Assembly: GCA_023954495.1 (NCBI GenBank)
Contig: JAMLIA010000002.1
Span: 10,742-74,741 of the forward strand
Length of the DNA: 64,000 bases
Direction: 5' to 3'
Origin: Thermomicrobiales bacterium
Lineage (GTDB): Bacteria; Chloroflexota; Chloroflexia; Thermomicrobiales; CFX8
Both the position numbers and the translations under genes were made by a program. The stretch's first letter is position 1. Each line of letters opens with the position of its first letter. Positions 1 through 9,707 of this stretch are shown here, one piece after another. A model generated the notes under the pieces. The model saw only the letters and a list, made by a program, of their open reading frames with translations, searched no databases and was not told the origin of the DNA.

Positions 1-2
1 AC

Positions 3-590
3 GACACTGGGTCGATGGGCTTCGCACGCGGGCTGAATGGGCCGAAGGTGCCACCGGGTGACTACACGGTTAACCTGAAGATCGGTAGCAGCACCCTCAG
101 CCAGCCGTTCGAGATCCTGCCCGACCCGCGCACTGGCTCGACGCAGGAAGAGTACGAGGCTGGTTACGAGCTCGCCAAGCAGGTGCATGCCAAGCTCTCG
201 GAACTCCACGAAGGGGTAAACACGCTGCGGCGCGTTCGTAAGCAGATTGACGCCTGGTCCGATCAGCTCAACAAGGACGAGGTGACTAAGGCAGCCGACG
301 AGCTGAAGTCCAAGCTGCGTGAGGTGGAAGACGGGCTGATCCAGTGGCGGGCCAAGGCTGGTCAGGACACGCTCAACTTCCCGGTCATGCTCAACGCCAA
401 GCTGGCGGCGCTGATCGCCGGCATCAACGGTGCCGAAGGCAAGCCGACCGACCAGACGCGCGACCTGTTCGCGGACCTCGCGAAGCGCACCGATGCGCTG
501 CTCGCTCGACTCAACGATGTCCTGAAGACAGACATCGCGCCATTCAACGCACTGGTGAAGCAGTCCGAGAGCGACGCGATCGTCGTTTGA
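3..590 (+). CDS. C-terminal fragment of a large secreted repeat protein; the 5' end lies outside the window. It resembles the C-terminus of BNR/sortilin-type glycosyl-hydrolase-like proteins.
   Basis: The frame is open from the window edge to TGA at 588-590. The sequence reads ...PPGDYTVNLKIGSSTLSQPFEILPDPR followed by a charged helical tail. The family guess is from memory of similar C-termini and is unverified. Confidence 0.5.
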   Translation, partial: DTGSMGFARGLNGPKVPPGDYTVNLKIGSSTLSQPFEILPDPRTGSTQEEYEAGYELAKQVHAKLSELHEGVNTLRRVRKQIDAWSDQLNKDEVTKAADELKSKLREVEDGLIQWRAKAGQDTLNFPVMLNAKLAALIAGINGAEGKPTDQTRDLFADLAKRTDALLARLNDVLKTDIAPFNALVKQSESDAIVV

Positions 591-613
591 TCGAATGAGT
601 CTTGCATGGGGGC

Positions 614-631
614 GGGGCACGAAAGTGCCCC
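614..631 (+). terminator. Terminator-like hairpin after the upstream CDS
   Basis: GGGGCAC-GAAA-GTGCCCC forms a perfect 7-bp stem with a GAAA tetraloop, 24 nt after the stop codon. It lacks a clear U-tract. Confidence 0.45.
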
Positions 632-841
632 GTTCGCCGTGTGCGATGCGTCCTTGTTTCGCCGATCGTAATGAGTACTTCAGCCGGCGCGCCGCCGCCA
701 AGATTCATCAAAGCCGCCGTCATCCGGTACGGGCGTCGCCAGGGCCCGAGTGAATCTTGGGCGTTGGAGTCCGGCGATGACAAGTCCCTACGAAGATGTC
801 GGCGGCGACCGTGACCTGAACAGGCACCAACACCGGAGACA

Positions 842-877
842 CAGAGCGCGGCACCCAGTAATGGGTGCCGCGCTCTG
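842..877. terminator. Strong hairpin downstream of msrB, possibly a bidirectional terminator
   Basis: CAGAGCGCGGCACCCA-GTAA-TGGGTGCCGCGCTCTG forms a perfect 16-bp stem. It lies 30 nt beyond the msrB stop on the minus strand. Confidence 0.6.
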
Positions 878-907
878 CGCGATTGAGTTATCTGCAAACC
901 GACGCGG

Positions 908-1330
908 TTAGTCGCCGGATGCACCGCGATTGAAGTCGAGCGCGACGCTGTTCATGCAGTAGCGCTGGCCGCCAAGCTCGGCTGGCCCGTCATCGAAGAC
1001 GTGGCCGAGGTGTGAGTGGCAGCGGCCGCAACGCACTTCGGTGCGGATTCTGCCGAACGAGCGATCTTCGAGGTACTCGACCGCGTCCGGCGTGACTGTC
1101 TCGGCGAAGCTCGGCCAGCCACAGCTGGAGTGGAACTTCGCGTCGCTGTTGAACAGCAGATTGCCGCACGCGGCGCACCGATAGGTGCCGTCATCGAACA
1201 CCTCGACGTACTCGCCGGTAAACGGCGCTTCGGTGCCGGCCTGGCGCAAGACGTTGAACTGCTGTGGTGATAGCTTTTCGCGCCACTCATCATCAGTGGT
1301 TGGAATGTCCTTCAACTCGACGTCTGCCAT
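908..1330 (-). CDS. msrB: Peptide-methionine (R)-S-oxide reductase MsrB
   Basis: Contains the two CxxC zinc pairs (CAACGNLLF, CGRCHSHLGHVF) and the catalytic SSCGWPSF motif. I chose the ATG at 1330 because GGAGGA lies just upstream; the ORF-track start at 1342 is a TTG. Confidence 0.95.
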   Translation of the reverse strand: MADVELKDIPTTDDEWREKLSPQQFNVLRQAGTEAPFTGEYVEVFDDGTYRCAACGNLLFNSDAKFHSSCGWPSFAETVTPDAVEYLEDRSFGRIRTEVRCGRCHSHLGHVFDDGPAELGGQRYCMNSVALDFNRGASGD

Positions 1331-1365
1331 GTGCTCCTCCAATTCATCGCTTGCGCGATTCTGAC

Positions 1366-2190
1366 TCAGCCTCGTCTCATATACGATAACGCCTCGGTGT
1401 GGGGTAACGCTCGCGAAGCGTAGGTGAACGTCCCCTGTTCGAGCACTTCACGGGCCGATCTGATGAACTCACCGAGCGCGGAGCGCGCCATCGAGCCACC
1501 GACGCTGATGCGTGTCACACCCACTTCGGCGAGTTGCTCCACTGTCCAGGTTGGGCCGCTGAGGCCCATGACGACGTTCACCGGGCAGGGCACCGATGCG
1601 CAGACCTCGCGGATCGCTTCCAGGCTCGGCAGTCCCGGCGCGTAGACCACATCCGCGCCCAGATCGGCGAACGCGCGTAGCCGCCGGATTGTGTCGTCCA
1701 GATCCGGCCGACCGTGCAGGAAGTTCTCCGCACGAGCGGTCAGGAAGAACCGACTCTGCTTGGCTGCTTCGACTGCCGCCGCAACCCGCTCGACGGCCGT
1801 TTCGAACGGGTAGATCGGGTCGGCTTCATTGCCGGTTGCGTCCTCGATCGACCCGCCGACGAGCCCGGTCGCCGCAGCCAGCCGAATCGTCTCTGTGCAT
1901 GATTCTGGCGTGCCGCCGAACAGATCCAGCATGTCGGCTGAAACGGGCAGGTCGGTCGCCTCTACGATATCGCGAGCGTTCGCCAGCACGCCGTCGCGGG
2001 TGATCGATTCGACGTCGTCCGTGCGGCCAACCGAGAACGCATAACCGGCGCTCGTTGTCGCAAGTGCTTCAAACCCGAGCGCAGTCAATATGCGCGCGCT
2101 CCCGGCATCCCACGGGTTCGGGATGACGAACGCGCCGGGTCGTTCGTGCAGCGCCTTGAACGCCTCAAACTTCTCGTCACGTGTTGGCAT
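1366..2190 (-). CDS. Isocitrate lyase/PEP mutase family protein (2-methylisocitrate lyase or carboxyvinyl-carboxyphosphonate phosphorylmutase-like)
   Basis: N-terminus reads MPTRDEKFEAFKALHERPGAFVIPNPWDAGSARILTALGFEALATTSAGYAF, typical of the ICL/PEPM fold. The 497-aa ORF-track entry is an artefactual N-terminal extension running through msrA. Confidence 0.85.
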   Translation of the reverse strand: MPTRDEKFEAFKALHERPGAFVIPNPWDAGSARILTALGFEALATTSAGYAFSVGRTDDVESITRDGVLANARDIVEATDLPVSADMLDLFGGTPESCTETIRLAAATGLVGGSIEDATGNEADPIYPFETAVERVAAAVEAAKQSRFFLTARAENFLHGRPDLDDTIRRLRAFADLGADVVYAPGLPSLEAIREVCASVPCPVNVVMGLSGPTWTVEQLAEVGVTRISVGGSMARSALGEFIRSAREVLEQGTFTYASRALPHTEALSYMRRG

Positions 2191-2230
2191 GCCGCCTGGT
2201 TCCTCGTTTCCTTTACACTCTGCCCGAAGA

Positions 2231-2896
2231 TCAGTCAGCGACCGCGTCGACAGCTGTCGGCAGCGGGCAGGTGACACCGGTGCCGGCCAGACCACAATAG
2301 CCATTCGGCACCTTGTGCAGGTACTGCTGATGGTACCCCTCGGCATAGTAGAACGGGCCCGCCACCTCGACTTCAGTCGTGATCGCCTGATAGCCGGATC
2401 GCACAAGCTCGGTATTGTATGCGCTGCGCACACGCTCGGCGGTTCGCTTCTGCTCGTCGCCGTGGGCGTAGATCGCCGATCGATACTGCGAGCCGATATC
2501 GTTGCCCTGCCGCAAGCCCTGCGTTGGATCATGCGCCTCGAAGAAGACGCGCAGCAGGTCTTCGTAGGAGATGGCCTGCGGGTTGTACACCACCTGGACG
2601 ACCTCCGCGTGGCCGGTTCGTCCGCTGCACACCTCTTCGTAGGTCGGATTCGGACTGTATCCGCCAGCATATCCGGACGCGGTCGAGTAGACGCCATCAA
2701 GCTGCCAGAACAGCCGCTCCGCACCCCAGAAGCAGCCCAGCCCGAAGTGCGCAACCTCGAAGCCATCCGGGAAAGGTGGCTGGAGCGGAGAGCCAAGAAC
2801 ATCGTGGCGTGGTGGGATGGCGTATTGAGGCTTATCGTGGCCCGGCAGCGCCTCGGCACGCGAGATCATAGTCGCCTTCTTGCGTTGAAAGAACAT
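2231..2896 (-). CDS. msrA: Peptide-methionine (S)-S-oxide reductase MsrA
   Basis: Contains [13 protein letters not shown] (catalytic GCFWG) and [15 protein letters not shown]. Start MFFQRKK at 2896 follows a GAGAGGA Shine-Dalgarno (SD) sequence; an alternative start is at 2869. Confidence 0.93.
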   Translation of the reverse strand: MFFQRKKATMISRAEALPGHDKPQYAIPPRHDVLGSPLQPPFPDGFEVAHFGLGCFWGAERLFWQLDGVYSTASGYAGGYSPNPTYEEVCSGRTGHAEVVQVVYNPQAISYEDLLRVFFEAHDPTQGLRQGNDIGSQYRSAIYAHGDEQKRTAERVRSAYNTELVRSGYQAITTEVEVAGPFYYAEGYHQQYLHKVPNGYCGLAGTGVTCPLPTAVDAVAD

Positions 2897-3227
2897 GGAT
2901 ATCCTCTCAGTATGCGTTCGTCCGTTTCGGAACTCGGAGTCGAAGACCCTGCATGGAGTTTGCAGCACGTTGGATGCCGTCGCACACAGACTCATCTGGC
3001 TTCCGGAGCTACCACTATCTGTAACACACCAATCGCTCTATAGTTCCCCGATCCGGGGCGAATCTCGGATGACGATAGACGCGCTCGCGCGCCGCACACA
3101 GGCAATTGTGGTCGCCCAACCGCGTTGGCGTAGTTCTGCAGCATTTCGCGCTCCTGGGTGAGACCAGAACGCATATGGTGCCTACCATTCACAAGATTTG
3201 CGCAACGATTCAGAGTGCAATGTCATA

Positions 3228-3256
3228 TTGACAGATTGCGTAGTCACGGTGATAGT
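3228..3256 (+). promoter_or_regulatory. Candidate sigma70-type promoter for the lipoprotein/S8 protease pair
   Basis: TTGACA at 3228-3233, a 17-nt spacer, then GATAGT at 3251-3256, in an AT-richer intergenic stretch. This is a sequence pattern only. Confidence 0.3.
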
Positions 3257-3348
3257 AGGCGGCCTAGACGCGAGATTGAGAAGTCAGTTCTTTGCATGTT
3301 CGAGAGCCGACCCTACGCATTGATGTGCAAAGTTGTGAAGGCTTCTGG

Positions 3349-3906
3349 ATGGATTCGATGATGTTCGGCCAGCGAATGCCACGAGGTGTGCTGCTACTTG
3401 GCGCAGGGATTGTCTTGCTGATCGGCACGGCCGCATGCGGGGGTGCGGAGGACGCATCACCGTCTGCTGACGGCGTGCCAACGCAAACTCCACGTGCCGC
3501 CGCGTCACCAGCGACTCCATCACCCGCACCGATGACGCCGTCGCCGGTTGCATCTCCGGTCGTCATCGACGATGCACTCTGGAAGCACGTGCAGGCCGAG
3601 GGGACGGTCATGGTCATCGTCACGCTGAGTGTCCCGTTTCAGCCGGAATCGCAGTTGAGTGGACAGGCGGCGATTGATGCACAACGTGTCGCCATCGCGA
3701 ATGCGCAGGACGAGCTGGTCGCCTCACTGTCTGGGGGGCAGGTCGAGGTTGTCACGCGGATGAATGTGCTGCCGCAGATGGTGCTGATCGTAGACGAGTC
3801 GGCTCTGCAGCAGCTCGCATCTTCGCCGTTGGTCCTGGCGGTACAGGAGAATACGCAGGATTCGCCAACTGGTTGGCGAACAACCCATCAGGGAGGTCGC
3901 CCATAA
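3349..3906 (+). CDS. Predicted lipoprotein with a subtilase-propeptide (inhibitor I9)-like domain
   Basis: Signal plus lipobox: MDSMMFGQRMPRGVLLLGAGIVLLIGTAACGG. A Pro/Ala/Ser-rich linker follows. The C-terminal ~90 aa (VMVIVTLSVPF...VEVVTRMNVLPQMVLIVDESALQQLASSPLVLAVQEN) have the same beta-alpha-beta pattern as the prodomain of the downstream S8 protease. Confidence 0.7.
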   Translation: MDSMMFGQRMPRGVLLLGAGIVLLIGTAACGGAEDASPSADGVPTQTPRAAASPATPSPAPMTPSPVASPVVIDDALWKHVQAEGTVMVIVTLSVPFQPESQLSGQAAIDAQRVAIANAQDELVASLSGGQVEVVTRMNVLPQMVLIVDESALQQLASSPLVLAVQENTQDSPTGWRTTHQGGRP

Positions 3907-3981
3907 GCGCCATCTATCCAACCACGAAGTGAAGACCCTACCCAATCTCACTGTGCGCACTCGAATTGTGGGGGTAGTTCG

Positions 3982-6615
3982 ATGAGAAGGTTGATTCTTC
4001 CGTATGTTCTCCCGGCGTTGCTTCTTTTTTCGCTGCTGACGCCGCTCGCTGCTTCCGCGGGCGATGTGGCCATCAGCGGTCCTGACGCTGCGCTCATCGC
4101 CAAAGCAAATAGCGAAGGACCGCTGCTGGTCATTGCCACGCTGACTTCAGTTGCGGCGCAGCAATCGGTGCTTGATGCTCTCGATGGACAGGATGCGACG
4201 CTGCGCGTTCGCTATGAACTGTTCCCGTTGTTGGCACTGACTGCTGGCCCGGATGCGCTAACGACACTGGCGCGATCCGCTGACGTGGTGTCCATTACTG
4301 AGGATGTCCCCCAGGATCCGGGCCTCGCGTCAACAATTCCCGTGATCAATGGGGACGACGTTCAGTCGTTCGGCTGGACCGGTGCTGGGCAGACGGTTGC
4401 CATTCTCGATACTGGGATTGATGCAAACCATCCCTTCTTTGGTGGGCGTGTCGTCGAGGAAGCCTGCTATTCGCGCGCTGGCGGCGCAGGGACGGGCGTC
4501 TCATTATGTCCGGACGGTAACGACGCCCAGACGGGCAGCGGTGCTGCTGATGCCAACACAGCGCAATGCCTTGACGGCGCGACGAACATCTGTGACCACG
4601 GCACCCACGTCGCCGGGATCGCCGCCGGTAATGGCGCTGGCGTGAGTGGCGCACCGGGGAATGGTGTAGCACCCGGCGCGAACATCATTGCAATTCAGGT
4701 CTTTACCCGTCACAACACCGTTGCCGAGTGCGATCCGGATGATCCGAATTCGGCCCCGTGCGTCAAGACCTATTCATCGGATCAGATCCTCGGCCTGCAG
4801 CGAGTGCTAGCGCTGTCTGCATCGCGAACGATTGCCGCTGTGAACATGAGCCTGGGCAGCGGAATGAACACCACGTCTTGCGACACTGATGCGCGGAAGA
4901 CGGCCATTGACGCGCTGCTTGCGGTTGGAATTGCCACCGTTATTGCAGCTGGCAATGAAGGCTATATTGATGCAGTGGGCACACCGGGATGTATCTCGAC
5001 GGCGATCACCGTTGGCTCAACGACTGACGCCGACACAGTGTCGGGTTTCAGCAATCGTGGCCCGTTGCTCGATATCTTTGCTCCGGGTAGCGGCGTCGAT
5101 TCCTCTGTCCCGGATGATGCCTGGGGCAATATGAGTGGCACTTCGATGGCCACGCCACACGTCGTCGGTGCGTTCGCAGTTTTGCGCCAGGTCTATCCGA
5201 CGGCCAGTGTCGCGACGCTGCTCGAATACATGAAATCCACTGGCGTTCCGATCACGTATGCAATCGATACGGCGAATCCGACCACTATGCAGACGACTCC
5301 ACGGCTGGATCTGCTCGGTGCAATCCAGGCTGGCAACGCAGCACCGATACTCACGGTGAACTCGTCATCTGTCACGACCAATGAAGGCAGCTCGGCAGGG
5401 AATGCAGGGACCTGGTCCGATGCCGACATTGACCCCGTAACGTTCACCGCGTCGGTTGGCAGCGTCACAGGGATTTCCGGCAACATGTGGATCTGGTCGT
5501 TCACGCCGGACGATGGGCCATCAGATAGCCAGGTCGTGACGATCACCGGCACGGACAACAAGGGCAGCACCGGCACAGTGACGTTCCAGCTGAATGTCGT
5601 CAATGTCGCACCGACAGCCTCAATTTCGGCTGCACCGACGACATTGAATGAGGGTGATCCGTTCACGGTCTCACTGACGAATCCAGCAGACGTTTCGGTG
5701 GCGGACACGACGACCGGGTTTACCTACTCGTTCGACTGCGCGACCGGCGGCGGCTATAGCGCGTACTCCGTGACCGCAAACCGTGTCTGTCCGACGACTG
5801 ATAATGCGGTGCTCAGTGTCGGTGGTCGGATTCAGGACAAAGACGGCGGTGTTTCAACGTACAACACCACCGTGACTGTCCTCAACGTGCCGCCGACGGT
5901 CGGCGCGATTACTGCTCCAACCGGACCGGTCTTCGTCGGCAGCCTTGTGTATGCAAGTGCGCCATTCACTGATCCCGGTATCGACGACACGCACACGTCG
6001 AGCTGGAACTGGGGCGACGGCTCGGTCACGACGGGCACTGCTGGTGGCAATCTGGCGACCGGTAGCCACGTCTACACGTCTGCCGGGCTGTTCACGATTG
6101 TTGTGACGGTCACTGACGACGACGGCGGCTCGGGATCCTCCACGTTCCAGTATCTGATTAGCGTTGATCCGGCGGCCGGAACACTGCTTGGTGCCGGTAA
6201 GTTCATGTCGCCGACTGGTGCCTGGACCGAGCGGCCGACATCGATGGCTGGCGAGTTCCGCTTTAACATCTGGTATCCACGCGGTGCCACGGTACCGACC
6301 GGCTACTTTGAATATGAGCTCGGCGGTTCTGCGCGCTTCGAGTCCCCATTCCACTTCCGGTCCAGCACCTTCGATTGGCTGGTCCTGACGCCTGATGTCG
6401 GCTACGTCTCCGGCAGAGGCACGCTCAATGGGCGTAGCGGATTCGGGTTCTGGTTTGGCGCTAGCGATGGTCCGGACAAGTTGCGGGTCAAGATCTGGAA
6501 CCTGTCGACCGGTGTTGTCATCTACGACAACCAGCCGGGTGACGACATCGCAGCAAATCCGCAACTGCCACTGAAGCTGGGCACGATCGTCATCACGCGC
6601 TTGCGCCTCTGGTAG
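3982..6615 (+). CDS. Secreted S8 subtilisin-family serine protease with an N-terminal prodomain and C-terminal PKD/Ig-like domains
   Basis: Catalytic triad motifs AILDTGIDANHPFF, DHGTHVAGIAAG and SGTSMATPHVVGA are present. It has a signal peptide and repeated VNVAPTA/LNVPPTV Ig/PKD-like modules (WNWGDGS). A GGGGG SD precedes the ATG. Confidence 0.95.
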   Translation: MRRLILPYVLPALLLFSLLTPLAASAGDVAISGPDAALIAKANSEGPLLVIATLTSVAAQQSVLDALDGQDATLRVRYELFPLLALTAGPDALTTLARSADVVSITEDVPQDPGLASTIPVINGDDVQSFGWTGAGQTVAILDTGIDANHPFFGGRVVEEACYSRAGGAGTGVSLCPDGNDAQTGSGAADANTAQCLDGATNICDHGTHVAGIAAGNGAGVSGAPGNGVAPGANIIAIQVFTRHNTVAECDPDDPNSAPCVKTYSSDQILGLQRVLALSASRTIAAVNMSLGSGMNTTSCDTDARKTAIDALLAVGIATVIAAGNEGYIDAVGTPGCISTAITVGSTTDADTVSGFSNRGPLLDIFAPGSGVDSSVPDDAWGNMSGTSMATPHVVGAFAVLRQVYPTASVATLLEYMKSTGVPITYAIDTANPTTMQTTPRLDLLGAIQAGNAAPILTVNSSSVTTNEGSSAGNAGTWSDADIDPVTFTASVGSVTGISGNMWIWSFTPDDGPSDSQVVTITGTDNKGSTGTVTFQLNVVNVAPTASISAAPTTLNEGDPFTVSLTNPADVSVADTTTGFTYSFDCATGGGYSAYSVTANRVCPTTDNAVLSVGGRIQDKDGGVSTYNTTVTVLNVPPTVGAITAPTGPVFVGSLVYASAPFTDPGIDDTHTSSWNWGDGSVTTGTAGGNLATGSHVYTSAGLFTIVVTVTDDDGGSGSSTFQYLISVDPAAGTLLGAGKFMSPTGAWTERPTSMAGEFRFNIWYPRGATVPTGYFEYELGGSARFESPFHFRSSTFDWLVLTPDVGYVSGRGTLNGRSGFGFWFGASDGPDKLRVKIWNLSTGVVIYDNQPGDDIAANPQLPLKLGTIVITRLRLW

Positions 6616-6636
6616 CGTAGGAGCGAAGACACATGC

Positions 6637-6685
6637 GACCGGCCAGGGATCCACTCACGGATCACTGGCCGGTCCGCTTTTGTTG
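6637..6685 (+). terminator. Intrinsic terminator after the S8 protease gene
   Basis: GACCGGCCAG ... CTGGCCGGTC forms a 10-bp stem, followed by CGCTTTTGTTG. Confidence 0.7.
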
Positions 6686-6838
6686 TCGAATCGGGTTTGG
6701 TGCGTTAGGTGACGGTGCCCCACCAAAATTTGACACGGTCCTGATACGAATCAGGCTTCGCTGTAGCCACCATTGCGACTAATAAGGCGCATGCTCACTG
6801 TGGGGCAGATCTACGCACTGCCTCGTAGGGAGTTGGAC

Positions 6839-7726
6839 ATGCGCACCGACCGACTGGCCGGTCTTGCATCGATGGCACTCGGTATTGGTATTGCCGCAGT
6901 CGCGCTCCTCGGACCGCTCTGGCTGGGAAAGATCCGGCAGCACGTCTCGGCCAATGTCGAGAACCAGGTCGTCGGCGCGGATGCCATCTCGCTGCTGCTC
7001 GTTGCGCCTCTCGCGGTCCTCGGCGGTCTGCTCTGGTGGCGAGGTCACCCGCTAGCTTCCTCGCTGACGTTCGGCCCAGCCGCATACGCGGTCTACATCC
7101 ATTTCCAGTACATGGTCGGCTCGGAGTACGAGCGGTATCCCGGAAACAGTGAGCGCTACTTCGTGCTCTTCTACGCCATCGTCATGCTCGGCCTGCTCGT
7201 CTCCACCTTGTCGTGGTCGCAACTCAGCACACCGGCGCTGCCCTCACGGCGCGTCCAGGTGCTTGCCGCTGGACTGCTGATCGGCGTGAGCGCGCTGCTC
7301 GGTCTGGCGTGGATCACGGCGATCGCCGATGTGATCGGCGGCACGAGGACAACCGAATACCTCGAAGCGCCGGGACTGTTCTGGATGGTCAAGACGATGG
7401 ATCTCGCGTTCGTCATTCCGGCTGCGCTGGCCACCGGCGTCGGTCTGCTGCGTCACAGCGCCCTCGCAGCGCGCGTCGCTGCCGGCCTGACCTGCTGGCT
7501 CGCGCTGATGATGGCCTCGGTCGCAGCGATGGGTGCTGTGATGTGGAGAAACGATGACCCGTCGGCATCGCCGCGCTTCGTCGTCGTGCTGGCACCGGTC
7601 GCCGCGATCATGGCCGTACTGACGACCACCTTGTGGAGGACGCGCGGAGCGTCGCCGAATGGCACGCCAGATCTGGCTCATCAGCACCGCCCGGAGCGGA
7701 TGCCGCAATTGCGCGGTCGCGGATAG
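6839..7726 (+). CDS. Polytopic membrane protein of unknown function
   Basis: About 8 hydrophobic segments with good codon bias. I chose the ATG at 6839 (MRTDRLAGLASMALGIG) because a GGGAG SD precedes it. I recognised no family motif. Confidence 0.7.
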   Translation: MRTDRLAGLASMALGIGIAAVALLGPLWLGKIRQHVSANVENQVVGADAISLLLVAPLAVLGGLLWWRGHPLASSLTFGPAAYAVYIHFQYMVGSEYERYPGNSERYFVLFYAIVMLGLLVSTLSWSQLSTPALPSRRVQVLAAGLLIGVSALLGLAWITAIADVIGGTRTTEYLEAPGLFWMVKTMDLAFVIPAALATGVGLLRHSALAARVAAGLTCWLALMMASVAAMGAVMWRNDDPSASPRFVVVLAPVAAIMAVLTTTLWRTRGASPNGTPDLAHQHRPERMPQLRGRG

Positions 7727-7754
7727 CTGCCGTATTCTTCCTTGAGGGGGGAGC

Positions 7755-9707
7755 ATGGCACAACAATCTGACGACCCGGAAGATTCGCGCAGAATGCGAG
7801 CGATCCACTGGCTGAATTGGGCTCTGTTTCGCCGGTTGCTGCCGCGGAGCAGCGGTTTCGAGAGTACCCGCTACCTCGGTAAGTGGCTTCTTCTTGGCAT
7901 TGCTGTCGGCATCGTCGCCGGACTCGGTTCGGTCCTCTTTTATCGCGCGCTAGAATTCGCGACGCAAGTCTTCCTCGGCGATATCGTCGGCTACACACCG
8001 CCGCTTCCGGTTGGCGAGGGCTCACCGGTGCGCGAGGCGATGGATCGGCCATGGCTCCTGCCGGTGGTAACTGGTCTCGGCGGACTGCTCTCCGGCCTCA
8101 TCGTGTTTACGCTTGCGCCGGAGGCTGAGGGGCACGGCACCGACGCCGCGATCGAGGCGATTCACTACAAGCAGGGGCGGCTACGCGCGCGAGTCCCACC
8201 GATCAAGCTGATTGCTTCGGCGATCACGATCGGCTCCGGCGGCTCGGGTGGCCGCGAAGGACCGGCGGCGCAGATTTCGGCCGGCTTCGGCTCGATCCTC
8301 GGCCTCTGGCTGAAGCTCGATGCCCAGGATCGCCGCATCCTCGTGGCGGCAGGCATGGGTGCCGGCATCGGCGCAATCTTTCGCGCGCCGCTTGGCGGGG
8401 CGCTGATGGCGGCCGAGATTCTTTACCTCCACGACCTGGAAGTCGAAGCGCTCATTCCCAGCCTGATCGCGTCTATCGTCGGATACAGCGTCTTCGGCTC
8501 CTTCGAGGGCTTCACGCCGATCTTTGGCGCACAGCCGGGCATCGCGTTCGGGAATCCGCTGACGCTCGGCTACTACGCACTGCTTGGACTCCTCTGCGGC
8601 GCGGTCGGCATTCTGTACGCGCGTACGTTTTACGGCGTGACAGGCGTGTTCCATCGGTTCCATATCCCGCGGTTCCTGAAGCCGATGCTGGGCGGGGTGC
8701 TGGTCGGATTGATGGGCCTGGCCGTGACGGGTTCACTGCACACCGGCTATGGCTGGATTCAGATCAGCATGACCGACGAGTTGAAGACGTTGCCGCTCTG
8801 GCTGGTGCTGGCGCTGCCGTTCGCCAAGATCCTCGCGACATCGCTGTCGATCGGCTCGGGCGGCTCGGGCGGCATCTTCGGACCCGGCATGGTTATCGGC
8901 GGCATGCTCGGCGCGGCATTCTGGCGCATCGGCGACGGCTTCCTGCCGCTGCTGCCGACCAGCCCAGCGCCGTTCGTCATAGTCGGCATGATGGCGCTGT
9001 TCGGCGGGATCGCCCATGCGCCGCTGGCAGTTATGCTGATGGTCGCCGAGATGACTGGCAACCTGTCGTTGCTTGCCCCGGCGATGGTCGCTATCGCACT
9101 AGCCACGCTGCTGATCGGCGATACGACGATCTACACCAGTCAGCTACCGAACCGCGCATCCTCGCCGGCACACCGTCTGCGCTTCAGCTTTCCGTTGCTC
9201 TCGTCGCTCTTCGTCCGCGACGCGATGTCACCGGTGTCGTTTGGCCAATCATGGTCGCAGACCGAAAGCGCAGCGTCGCTCGAGCCAGACCAATCCCTCG
9301 ATAGCGCGCTGGAGCTGCTGGTCGAAGGTGGGGTGTCCACTATTCCGGTGGTAGATCAGGGCGTGGTCGTCGGGCAGATCACGCATCGCGACATCGTCGC
9401 GACCTACAAGGCGATGCTGGCGCGCGGGGTACATCGGGCGCGCTCGTTGCCGGAAGAGACGGCACTGTTCGAAGTGCGGCTCGGCCCGACCTCACCGTTG
9501 GTCGGTCGCACACTGCGTGATGGCGGCATGCCACGCGGCACGCTGGTCGTATCGATCATCCGCTCCGGTGAGACGATCTTTCCCAGCGCCGCAACCGAGC
9601 TGGAAGCCGACGACGTCGTCATGGTCGTTGCCAGCCCCGAGAGCGAGGCAGGGCTGCGCTCGTTCCTGGCGGGCGACGAGGCGACGAACGACGATGGCGA
9701 GGCGTGA
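7755..9707 (+). CDS. ClC-family voltage-gated chloride channel/antiporter with C-terminal CBS and TrkA-C-like domains
   Basis: ClC selectivity motifs GSGGSGGREGP, GIFGPG and GxxxAP are present. The C-terminal part reads STIPVVDQGVVVGQITHRDIV (CBS) followed by an RCK_C-like segment (LRDGGMPRGTLVVSIIRSGETIFPSAATELEADDVVMVV). Confidence 0.93.
   Translation: MAQQSDDPEDSRRMRAIHWLNWALFRRLLPRSSGFESTRYLGKWLLLGIAVGIVAGLGSVLFYRALEFATQVFLGDIVGYTPPLPVGEGSPVREAMDRPWLLPVVTGLGGLLSGLIVFTLAPEAEGHGTDAAIEAIHYKQGRLRARVPPIKLIASAITIGSGGSGGREGPAAQISAGFGSILGLWLKLDAQDRRILVAAGMGAGIGAIFRAPLGGALMAAEILYLHDLEVEALIPSLIASIVGYSVFGSFEGFTPIFGAQPGIAFGNPLTLGYYALLGLLCGAVGILYARTFYGVTGVFHRFHIPRFLKPMLGGVLVGLMGLAVTGSLHTGYGWIQISMTDELKTLPLWLVLALPFAKILATSLSIGSGGSGGIFGPGMVIGGMLGAAFWRIGDGFLPLLPTSPAPFVIVGMMALFGGIAHAPLAVMLMVAEMTGNLSLLAPAMVAIALATLLIGDTTIYTSQLPNRASSPAHRLRFSFPLLSSLFVRDAMSPVSFGQSWSQTESAASLEPDQSLDSALELLVEGGVSTIPVVDQGVVVGQITHRDIVATYKAMLARGVHRARSLPEETALFEVRLGPTSPLVGRTLRDGGMPRGTLVVSIIRSGETIFPSAATELEADDVVMVVASPESEAGLRSFLAGDEATNDDGEA

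Noticed and set aside
1366-2859. N-terminal extensions in the ORF track: 497 aa for the PEP-mutase gene, 491 aa at 53065-54540, 384 aa at 62563-63717, 612 aa at 36964-38802, 480 aa at 39159-40601, 461 aa at 45171-46556 and 331 aa at 24985-25980.
   Set aside because: The extensions are Arg/Ser-rich nonsense, and they overlap neighbouring genes or riboswitches. Each is followed by an internal start with a good SD and a sensible N-terminus (signal peptide or conserved motif).
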